From positions 41,629,918 to 41,693,917 of the forward strand of contig NC_068989.1 in assembly GCF_001194135.2 (NCBI RefSeq): a stretch of DNA of 64,000 bases. Direction: 5' to 3'. Below the pieces are notes generated by a model, which saw only the letters and a program-made list of their open reading frames with translations, did no database searches and was not told where the DNA came from. Position numbers and translations under genes: made by a program. This document shows, in pieces, positions 27,160 to 39,700 of this stretch (positions are counted from its first letter, which is position 1; every line of letters starts with the position of its first letter). This stretch comes from Octopus bimaculoides (lineage: Eukaryota).

Positions 27160-29995
27160 TAATTTGTAGCTGATATCTAAAACTATTTTGATTTTCTTTT
27201 GTCAATAACTTTTACTTCTGATGTTACATCATTATATCTATCAATAACTGGACCAAAGTAACTGCTTGTATCAAAACGACTGAATAGCTGAGTTGTTTTG
27301 GTAAGATAATCTCTTTCAGATCAAACTGTCTGCATCAGGTAAATCTTTATCAGTTTTTGTTTTTAGTTTTTTTTTACATTAGAATCTAGGGGAGGTCATC
27401 TGAGTTACTGCTTTATTGCTTTGTTTGCTTCTCAAAAAATAAGGAGGTCAGTGAAAATTTTTCTTTTTTCTTTTTTTTAGATAAAGTTAAAACTCATCTT
27501 CATTGTCATATATGACAAAGTACATCAACTGATGCACTAGATGATGGTGCTTTTGCATTCGAAATGGTGACAGATTGACACATTATGGTAAATGCTACCA
27601 TCACCAGGCAGCATTCTGAATAGTAGTTGAAGATGAGATAAGAGACCAAAGAAAACACATGACCTTTGACATATAAGGCTGTAGGTTATCTAGTGAAAAC
27701 AAAAACAAATGAAAATAAATAAAAAAGCCTTTTTGAAAGAAACAACCAACTGATATAAACTAGTTTTAAAAATGATACAAAGAAAGTAAATACAAACAGA
27801 TAAGGCTCACCTACAAATATCATCTTAACCAAGATGCAACTTGTTTAGGTTCCGGAGAAAAGTGGATTACGAATAAACCATTTTACTATATTTCTGTTGG
27901 CAGACGTTACCTTTTGTTTCAATTAATTTTGAAAATAAACAAAGAACTTAGTAAAATAACTTTGTTGTTATTACACTAATCTAATGTGAAATTTTGATGG
28001 AAAGTTTTGATTTAACCCTTTTGCATTCAGATCACTCTTTCAAATGTAATGCTTGTTTATTCACATTGTTTTGAATTAACCATGCATTTTCTCAGAGTTT
28101 TGAGACTGGTGTATGAGAGGTGTGCACCACAACATACAGGTCTGTAAAATTATAAATAAGCAAATAAAGTACAGTGCTGTGCAGTGGCAAGAGTCCTTAC
28201 CTCAAACTTCGGGAGCGGGGTCGGGGTCGCGGTGACCACCGTCCTCCACCAGAGTCATCCTCAGGTGGAACAGCATTGTTTTCGTTACTTCCAAAATGTC
28301 TAGTGAGAATATGCAGTTCATCTGGAGTAGGCTGAGATGGCAGCTGGTGAAGACGCTCTTGAGAAGAGCACTGGGACTGAAATGTTAAGGAAAGAAAACC
28401 AAAATTAACAAAGGGGATTGGCAATTAAAATGATATAAGTGATTTGAAAGAGATTTGGCTGTTATTTCTAGCAGGTCAAGCGAGCCCCCACATCAAAGTG
28501 GCTTCTAATTTTTTTCTTCTTTTTTAAAATCTTTTGGTTAGGAAGAAAGATAGTGTCCATGATTTTTTACAGGTCATGTGGCACAGGTGGGTGGAAGAGG
28601 GGAAGATATTCTCAAACTAGAGACTTGAATGCTTGCAACAGAACGAACTGTGTTAAAGGTAGCAACCAGATGGTGGTGCTAACTGGGTGACTGATTAAAT
28701 CTTCCACCCAAGTGGACTATGGCAGGAGGAATTGAACTCAGAGTTCAAAGAACTGCAACAAATACTACAGGATATCTGGCCAGACATTCTTACAGTTCTA
28801 CCAATCCACTGCCCTAGATCAGTATTTTTTTTTTTCGTCTTCAAAAGAGATGAAGGCCAAGCTTGACTCTGGCAGGATTTGAAATGGGGAATTGTAACAA
28901 ATACTGTGAGGTGTTCTACCTTGTGATTTTATGACTCTGCCAATTTGCTATCTTAGTTAGCTTGTCTTCTACCTGATTTCAGGAACATTGTGATTTTAAG
29001 CCAGGAATAAAGATAAGGAGACAGAAAAGATTAAAAAGTCATTATAATCATCATCATCATAATGCCCACTTTTCCATGCTTGCATAGCTTCGACACAGTT
29101 TATCAAGGCAGGTTTTCCACTGTAGGATGCCCTTCCTGTCATCAACCCTTACCTGTTTTGAAGCAAGGTAATATTTCCCCACAGCCAGACATGTTTTCAC
29201 AGAAAATTGAAAATTTGATATTCATTTAGAACATTACAAAATGTCACACACATACATACAAATACACAAATAGATCTTTCAGTTTGCTTACCAAATTCAT
29301 TCATAAGGCTTCGGTTGGCATGGGGCTTTAGTAGAAAATACTTGCCCAAAGTGCCACACAATGGAGCTGAACTTAAAACTGTGTATGTAGTTGGGAAGCA
29401 AACTTCTTAAAGTAAAGTTATAAAAATATATAAATACATAAAAATTTGAAGTAACATACCGAGACATTGGAGCTAGCAGGTGTGTTGGTTCCATAACCAG
29501 ATGATGGCAGTGATGCAAAAGACCATCTACGCCCATCCATCCTGAAAAACACAGAGAGAAGGAAGAGAGGATGATAATTTTGAAAAGAGAGACAACAACC
29601 AAACTGTTTAACAAAGCAGAACTCCTTTCTGTACAGGATTAATGTGGTAATAATAATATAACATGAGGGTGGAAAGTCACAGGCTTTAATAGTGGATCAT
29701 AGGGTATGTTTCTGCACTCCACATCAGCTTTAAGTTGCTGGGTTCATATTCATATTGCATCAACAGCTGTCTGTGGATGCTTCATCAGGGCAAGAACTTG
29801 ATCATACTTCATCCAATAAAGCATCTGCAGATAGATGTTGTTGAATAATATTCAAATGCACAGTAATTATTAAGAGTAATCTTGCATAATACTAGATGAA
29901 TATGAACCCAGTAACTTAAAGCTGATGTAGGGTGCAGAAACATACATTGTGATTCACTTTGTCAGGCATGGTAACTATTCTGTCAGTTTGCTGCT

Positions 29996-30060
<65 letters not shown>

Positions 30061-31338
30061 GCAGCAAGCTGGCAGAAATGCTTAGCAGTATTTTATCTGT
30101 CTTTATGTTCTGAGTTCAAATTCCACCGAGGCTGACTTTGCCTTTCATCCTTTTGGGGTTGATAAATTAAGTATACTGGGGTCGATCTAATCGACTGGCT
30201 CCTTCCCCCAAAATTTCAGGGCTTGTGCCTAGAGCAGAAAAGAATAATAATAATAACAATAATCTTTTCTACCATAGGTATAAGGCCTGGATTTTGTGGG
30301 GAGAGAAACAGTCAATCTCATCGACCCCAGTACTCAATTTATCGACCCCAAAAGGATGAGAGGCAAAGTTAACCTTGGTAGGATTTGAACTCAGAACATA
30401 AAGACAAATGAAATACTACTAAGCATTTTATCCGGGCTTGCTAACAATTCTACTACCTCACTGCCTTAATAATAATAATTATGGTTTCAAATTTTGGCAC
30501 AAGGCCAGCATGCTCAGGGAAGGGGTAAATTGATTATATCAGCCCCAGTACTCAACTGGTACTTATTTTATTGACCCCTCAAAGATGAATGGCAAAGTTA
30601 ACCTCAGTAGAATTAATAATGATGATGACGATTTCTTTTATCAATGATAATAATAATAATACAAAGCATGTTGTCAAGTAACATCATCCCACCAGTACCT
30701 CAAGCCCATAATATGGACCCAGCAATACAAGATCTAAAACAGAAGTCACAAAAGGAGCAACCGTTATAAGGACTGTTTGTTGTATGGGCACAAAACCCGA
30801 CAACTTTTTGAAGGGGAAGGAAGGATTAGTTGATTACATTGACATTAACTCAGAACTTAAGCAATTTTAAGATAGTGCAAAACGGAAAAAAAAAAAAAAA
30901 AATTGAAAAACAAGAATTATTTTTACATTTATTCTCAATCATTGCAATTCAAATTAGCAGACAGGTTAATTTGAAAGGGTTAATAAATTAGCTAGTTGCA
31001 GTTTGTTTCCTTTTTCAATATTTCCTAGTAAACAATCCTTTGGGTGTGAAAAGACATATTAACATGTGTGTATGTCAGTGTGTTTGTGTGTGTGCTTATA
31101 TATTTAAATATATACAGGTGCACATACAAATATACACACACATATGTATACATNNNNNNNNNNNNNNNNNNNNNNNNNNNNNNNNNNNNNNNNNNNNNNN
31201 NNNNNNNNNNNNNNNNNNNNNNNNNNNNNNNNNNNNNNNNNNNNNNNNNNNNNNNNNNNNNNNNNNNNNNNNNNNNNNNNNNNNNNNNNNNNNNNNNNNN
31301 NNNNNNNNNNNNNNNNNNNNNNNNNNNNNNNNNNNNNN

Positions 31339-31372
<34 letters not shown>

Positions 31373-31455
31373 CATATATCTATACACACACACACTCACA
31401 TGTCTATGCACACATGTAGACACTACGTTTGCACATATGTACACACAATACATGG

Positions 31456-31495
<40 letters not shown>

Positions 31496-32937
31496 ACGCG
31501 CGCGCGCTTGCAAATGCGTAGAGCAAAAAAACAAAAATGTACTTTCAAGTCACCAAGCTGCGTCTATTCTAAGCTTTCAGTTGTCAGCAGTGTTTTATTA
31601 GCTATTTGATCAGCCAGCACAATGAAACCCAGCAAGACTGGTTATTAAAAATGAATCGATAAATATGTATGCAGCGCATGGAAAATGACAGTGACAGCTA
31701 AGAAGAAGAAAGTGGGAGGTTGGACAGAGCAGAATAGGAAACACGTTGAGAAGAGGATGGCAAACATGAGAGTAAAATGGTGGAAAGGAGTGAAGCCCAT
31801 TGCCCGTTCAGCATGAAGAAATAAGTGGGGGAAGTTAGCGAAGATAAAATAACAATATGAACTGTTGCATGTTTAATGACCGAAGAGAAAACAACAGAAA
31901 TATATAGTTCCAGTTTATAAAGAAGTATAGAACAGTTATATAGACACTAAAACTACATATAACAAAAGTGAAAGAGAGAGAGAGAGAGAATGATTATAGA
32001 AATGCTATAACTATAAACAGGTAAGGTGGAGGTGACCATTGTAGATATAGAGGTTACAGAAGCAATATGTACTATAAGTGGTATATACTCATTGCACCGA
32101 TAAAGATGCAGTGATTAAAGGCATACTGAGTATCAGGGCACAGTGAGTATAGAGGTGTGGTGAGTAGAAGCATAGGGAGTATAGAGGCACAGTAAATATG
32201 GAGGCATGGTGAATATAGAGGAACAGCGAGTAGAGGGATAATGAGTATAGAAGCGTAGTGTAGAAACAGTGAGTATAGACGCTGATTGAGTATAAATTTT
32301 CAGCGAGTAGAAGCATAGTGAGTATGGAGGCACAGTGAATAGAGGCAGAAGGCGTATAGAGGCATAGGGAGTATAGAGACATAGTTGAGAAGTACAGAGT
32401 GTATGAAAGCACTTTAAGTATAGAGGTGTAGCATGTGCGGTAGGCAGCAAGCACAGAAGCACAGAGAATACAGATGTGCAATGAATGCAGAGGGTCAGTG
32501 AGTATAGAGGTACTGTGACTACAATGGTGCAGTCAGTAAATGCACGGGGTCTGTGCATATAAAGTACAGTAGAGTTAACCACAGCCTTAGGTGTTCAAAT
32601 CAAGTCAGAGCCTAGTTTAAAGAAAATCAATAATTTATTTGCAGCCAAGTGAACGACTTGGCTAGTGAACAACAATTAACAACTAATAGACAGATGCATG
32701 AACAGAACAAATAAATCTATCTGCATTCATGCTAATATGACAGCTATTTATAAGGTAGGTTATTTGGCAAGGTGGTACTGTTTTAGATGTCACATTTCAT
32801 GGAATTTTGCAGAAGATCTCACTACTTATCTATGCCAAAGCCACCAAGTTATGCAACAGAAAGCTTACAAATCTCTTGTGAGAGAAGGGCAGCAAGAGAG
32901 AGAGAGAGTGAGTGAAAGAGAGAGAGAGAGAGTGAGT

Positions 32938-32994
<57 letters not shown>

Positions 32995-33678
32995 TAAAGG
33001 GTAGGTTTGTATGCTGTTTAACATTGTAGAGTAGGTGAAATGCTGCAAGATGAAGGTTTCACACACATTCCACACAACCAAACAAGGTGTAAATCTTCAC
33101 TGGCACACCAAAGAATGCGCATATTGTAGTGTGTGTGCCGATAGAAAGATAGATAGATAGACAGACTCCAGTCAGGTGGCAACAGCGATGCATGATCACA
33201 TTATGATTATTCCTTGAGTGGGGGTCAAAAGTTATGTTACACATTTGCAATCATCCACTACAACTCTGAGTAGCATGCATTTTAAAATTTCACTTAGGCA
33301 TAGCAATACTGAAATCCTGGTGTTAGAACTCAATATGCCATGCTTCAGAATAAAGCAATGAGTACAGAGCATAATATGAAATTTTTAAAAATAACAAAGA
33401 AACAGTAATTGCATAATCAACTTAATTCCTGTTCTGTTGTTGTTTCTTTAATTTCACACACACATTTTTAGGATATATACTTTTAGGATGTTGATAGTTA
33501 TGGCTGGTCAGAGAGTGACCCTTGGTTTTGGACTTATAAAGCGCTTAGTCGTAGAGGCAACTCAGACTCACCAATTTGAGTCTGATGAGTCACCTATATG
33601 GCTTTATAGGTGTGAAACCAATGGTCACTCTCTGACCGGCCATAAAAATACATTACTGCTTTAATGAACTACAGACGA

Positions 33679-33731
<53 letters not shown>

Positions 33732-36700
33732 GTCATACACACATCTCCAGAGAACTTCACTAACAATGTACTAGTGCTGCTTTTTCTAACACACCACAGC
33801 ATTATTTATGTTTTCACTTCTACTTAGTAATACTTTTCACAGCTGAGAGGAATGGCAGAGTCTGGGATCTTGCCAATTATTTGGAGTTCATATTCTACAT
33901 TGGGTGTTTGTTGACTGTGTCTAATACTCACCACATGGAGCAATAAAATAAATACAAGGGGGCGTTTCAGTTGATTGCTTCCTTTTCTACAAAATTAACA
34001 CTAGTGTGTGCATGCGTGTGTGTGAATGCCTATATATTGAAAAAAGGCAGTACAGAGGAGTCATTCAGCCAAAGGCCATTGTACTAGAAAGAGGTGATGT
34101 CACATCAATTGGCCAACTACCACAGTGATAGACTGTAAGTTCAGTTAGGATTACTGTGAAAAAAGGCTGAAACACAAAGGAACTGTAGGAGATTGTGTGT
34201 GTGTGTGTGTGCATACCTTTGGGTAATCATAAACAATGATAATGATGCTGATGCTGTGTAGTTGTACATAAATCAGCAAACAGGTAAGGTTTGTGAAAAA
34301 AACATCCTGAAACATGACTAAAGAACTAAAATATAACCAGCTATTTGTTAACTTGAATCTGTTCTTCCAGCTGATTAAGCACACAGAGATAGATATTACA
34401 TACAGAGCTCTAAAACACAAACTGAAACTAAAATAACAAATATTAAAATGGAGGTACAAAGGCACGTCAGGCGTTTGTGCTTGAAATATATGAAGGTTAC
34501 TTGATTTTTTTTTTCACATTGTTAGAAGCTCACTGTTTTCATTATTTGTTATTTTACTTCTGTAACACAATGCCTCAAGCAAATTACAAAGCTCTTTTCA
34601 CAATCAGAACCATACAACTACCACTGCTAACAACACACCACAACTACTGCCACTGCTCTCAGTACTTCTGCCATAACATTCAGTAATCACCAGCTTTAGT
34701 ACTCAGAGTACCAAGCTAGATACTAATTCTTACTGTAAATGTCTTGAGGAAGCCAGTTAAGTATGCAGGCGTTGGTCAAGTGAAATGCTAACCACCAGCA
34801 ACAACTTAACAGAAGATATATGATATTTCAAATGAAACCAGTTGCAGTCGATATTTGATTCCAACAATATTGAAAGACATTCAGGAATTTAAACTAATTA
34901 ATGACTAACAATGATTTTTTAACAAAATTTCATCTAATTGCTATGGTTTCATTTCAATAAATTAATTTACAAGCTAATTACTTCTATTTACTGAAATATC
35001 TTTGTCTTACTTCTATAATTTTTTTGCTGACTGTTGATGTCTGAAACACAACAGTTCCACAGTGGACCCAACATTGTAAGTGTATAGCACTTAAAATGTA
35101 GACACAAATGAGGAATGACACTAGACATTTCTCCTTTTGCTTCAGACAAACTTCTCTTTAGAGACTATGTGTGTTAAAAATACTGCTCACACTGAATGAC
35201 ACCAGTAAACCATCAGACACTAGTTTCAACTTTTTAGTGACAGATTTATTGGTCATTTAGAGATAAGTCATAACTTTTGTTCCTATATGGAAATGAACAA
35301 ACAAAACACTAGCTGATTTGTGCAGAAGCTTACCCTGGCTACATTTACAACAATGTATGCATTTGAAACAGTATTATATTACAATAACGATGTCTATAAC
35401 ATTTATAAAATATAGACGAATGCTGTTTTTCCTTTTGTGCAAGAGTAAGTTCTTCTTGGAAATTGTGTGTATTAGAAAGATAGTTCTATCTGATATCTGA
35501 ATGGTGTTAGTGGACCATCAAACACAGGTGTTTTGACTTAACTTCATCTCCTTGGTATTGGCTGCCCTCAAACCAGAGATTTAACCAGAATGCTCAAAAC
35601 AGAGTGAACTCTGCTAAAGGTACCCAAGGTAGCAAGTGGTGGTGTTAAAACCAGGTGACAAAAGTGTACTACCCATGTCGACTGTAGCAGGATTTGAACT
35701 AGAACAAATACCACAAGGCCTCTGGGTTGACACTCTTACACTTCTGTAAATGCACATCCCTGAATTGGTACTTTTCTTAATCTAGTACAAAGGATGAAAG
35801 GTGAATTTGACCTTGGTAGCATTTGAACTTAAAGCGCAATGTGTCAGAAGAGATAGTGTGAGGCATTCTAACCAATGGTCTAAAAATTCTGTCAATTTAC
35901 TGCCTCCCAGATGAAGAGAAATCAGATTCTAGTAGAATTTGTTGTCCTATTCTCTTTTAATTTTGAAATGTTCAAATAACTCTGAATGGATTTGGAAGAA
36001 TTTAATTTACTGTACCAAAATACAGATAACAATACTGTTTTCTATGTTTTTATATAAAAATACAAACCACCACACCTATACAAAATTACTAGATGTACCT
36101 ACAGTTACTTGTAGCTGTGCAACTGCTAATTATATGAAGCATGTGAGCAAGATAAAAGCTACAAGAAGACCACAGAACAAATAAATAACAAGCCATAGTT
36201 TTGTTAGCATTCATCCTTCTTGCTCTCTTCACCCACCAACTCTGACATTTCTTAAGTGTAGACAAAAACTCCAAACACAACCAGACATTACTTTGATGGC
36301 ATGGAAGAGTTAAATGACCATGTCAGACATTACTTGATTCCAGCATAATTATGGAGGAGACAATAAAAGATTTTCTAACAATATTCCTGTCACACCTGAA
36401 TGGCCTGTAATGTTATCATTATCCAAGCTAGATGTTATATACAGTTCTTTTACATTTGACATTTTGCAGAAATGTCACAAAATCGAACAGAAGAAGCAAA
36501 ATTATTTTGATGACAATGAACTATGTTAAATGAGTAATATGGCAAATATGATTAATTTATCTATAGCTTTGGACATCTGATGAAATAAAGCTGTAAGTGA
36601 AAGAGTAAGATCTGCTTGTTAGTTTAATGAAGTGAAATATCATTCAACCTTCCAAAGCTAACATTTGTCAGATGGCCTCACACAAACCCCTGTTTTCTTC

Positions 36701-39700
36701 TAGAGATATAGGTAAATGCTTACATATGTATATATACATACATATAAATACCTCTCTCACTATGTATGGATAGGAAAACAAGAATTTTAGTGAAAAAACA
36801 TTGTTGCATTTGGGTATTGTTCTCTTTTGCACACTGCATCTTATTGCTCTAATACCCAGTTTTTCTTTCAGCTCATTTGTGTATGCTAACATTAATATCT
36901 GATGAAGAAGCATGTTCTCATTCCTTTCCAGCCTACATATATCCTTCATATTTAATGCCCACTGCAATCATGCAACATCATACAAATCTACCTTTGACTC
37001 AGCAGGAATAGCTCATCTTGCCAACAGAGATAATAACTTCCAGAACTTCTTCCATCTTGTTTTTTTTCCTTCTCAAGCTACTATACTTTCAGACCACTCT
37101 CCTTCACTACTAATTGAGTCACCTAGGTAATATAACAGAAGCTATCAAATATTCCCACAGAGCATTTTGAGTATTTGAAATAATTCATTTTACAGGCGCT
37201 CTTACTGATAGCTAGTTCTGTGTATCTGCTCCATAAAAAAAGCACTCTTTCCTTCTCAGTTTTGCTGTGATCTCACTGTATCTCTTGTACATTCAAAGTT
37301 TACCCTTTTTCTGTGTATCTAGGAAGGCATCCTACCAGATAGCAGTAGAGTCCTGTTTTCTTTCCTCTTGGCTAACACTTTTGTTGTTGCTAGAATAACT
37401 TTCAGGCCCCGTCAATTTCTAAGCTTTCCATCCTTGTTTGGAACTTCTTTTCTAAATATTCATCAAATTCAGCTATGAGGACCAAGACATTGGCATACTG
37501 ATGTTTCAGTGAACAACTGGTCTTTAAACACTTCTGTTATATATGACTTGAGAACTATAACAAACAGATGAGGATTGAGAAATGGTCCCCCAATGAACAC
37601 CTACCAACACAGTAAATTTTTTGTTGAATTTATTGCCAACTCTTTCTTTGTTGAAAACAATGCTGTATATAGCTTTGCACAACTCTCACAAACCATTTGT
37701 CTAAACCTAGTTTTGTTAACAACAACTACAAAGCATGGTACTGTATGAAAGATCTCCAAGCTGACAAATGCTAGATATAGTGGCTTGCTTTTAGTCAAGA
37801 ACTCCTGCAGTTATTTCTTTAGGAAGAAGGTACCACTGTTACCCATCAAATCTCAAAAGCATTTCATCTTAATTAATTCTCTTCTTAACCAGGTGTCCTG
37901 TAACTATCCCTGTTACTTTCATAACTTGCCCAATCAATTTGATACCTTAGAAGTTCTATCTTTCTAGAGCATCTTAGCCTTTGTAGCAGCTGACAATAAT
38001 GTTGCTACACCACTCACAGGGTGTGATATTTCAGTCTACTGTCCAAGTGACCATCAAGTGATTAACACATGTCCTACTTTTCTGGATATTTTCAGCAGGT
38101 CATCAACTATTCCTGATAGTCCAACCGCCTTCCCTACCTTCATTTTCTTAACCCTCTGATTATTATATTTCTGCTGGAATACACTATCCTCGTTTCAATT
38201 AATGAAGAATTTAGAGGAATAACATTGCCATTATTAAGTAGCTGTTTGGAACATGAAATAACATGAAATTTTGATGGAAGGTTTCAATGAAGCTATTTAA
38301 AAGAAGAAACTTGCATCATAGAACTAGGTGGGAGTCTCAAGTGAGTTGGTACCAAATGGATTAGCAGCACTTTTCGACTATATAATTGTCAACTTAATAA
38401 GCTACTCCTTCTGTTGAATTTTCCTCAATTAGTCCTTTCCATTCCCAGCGTTCTCTGCATCCAGTAACTTCAAGTACTAACATTTCCATGTTTCTTTCTT
38501 CTCAGCGTCAGTGGAGATAAGTGTACTTCCGTAATTCCACAAATAATTTTTACCACCAACAACTAGCTTTGAAATCTTGAATGCTTCACTGCAAAACACA
38601 GACAAACCTCTTACCTTCACTGTCTCTCACATACAACTACCTGATATTATTTCCTTCCCCACACTTCCAATCTTTCCAGGTCTGTCTCACATACTACCTG
38701 GCTCTATCTACAATACCACTTGATCACCTTGTTACCTTCTATCTGTCCATTGATCTTGTCTGTCGTTTGCAGCAAGTTATCTCATAGCTTTCTTCTTCCT
38801 CCTCTTCTGTCTCAACATATAATTCTCTTTCTTTATCTCCTCTCTGCCTTCTAGAACTTCTCTGAACTTATGTTTAGCAGAAGGATCTTTCAGCTGCCAT
38901 ACCTTCCTTATATAGAATTTATTTATAAGATAAGTTGACTGAAGCTAACAGAAATATATCTAGACCATTACAATAACAACCAATATTTTAATCTATGCTC
39001 ATATATTGTTTATTGTCCTCTACTTTAACTAGATAGCAGCTTCTTCACTTCCAATATTCAAGAAATTAATACGAATTCTACAGATTAGAGATCTTACAGA
39101 TTAGAGATTTGAAGAGAATTAAAAATTGAACACATTAATTCTTAAAAACAAGAACAAAACAATGCATCAACCAGACTTTAAAAAAAAGAGAATTAATACT
39201 TCAGAAATCCCATATCAGTGAACCTAATTAAGCTTTTTTGTCCATCACCACCACTGTCATTTTAACTGATAACAGTTGACTATTAATTATAACCTGCTTC
39301 ACACACACACACACACACACACAGAGTGTTTCCAATTGAATTCATTGAGATTATGTGTCACAACCAATCTAATTGGAAGGTTTGCGAGATGGAGCTGAAG
39401 CTGCTCTACTGTGAAATCTCAATAGCTGACATCTTTTCTAATTCTGTATTTAATGGGTGCAGAAGCGACTGTCACCTTCCACACGCAAGTTCAATGGTCA
39501 AGATATTACTACAGTGCAATAGATAGTTTGACAACAGACAACTAACCAGTCACAATGATTACTGGACACACAGACAACAGAGAAACAAGCAAGGTGTTTT
39601 TTTTTTCTTTTTTTTTTTAAAGGTGAATAAATAAGATAATCATTCTTACTTCTTGATATTTTGGAATGGAAACTGGTTGTGAAGGTTGGGTGATGCTTGG

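Noticed and set aside
31025-31609. Long ORFs of 90-190 aa spanning N runs (also 47103-47612 and 62959-63445)
   Set aside because: Artefacts of assembly gaps and TA/CA/GA microsatellites; no coding signal.
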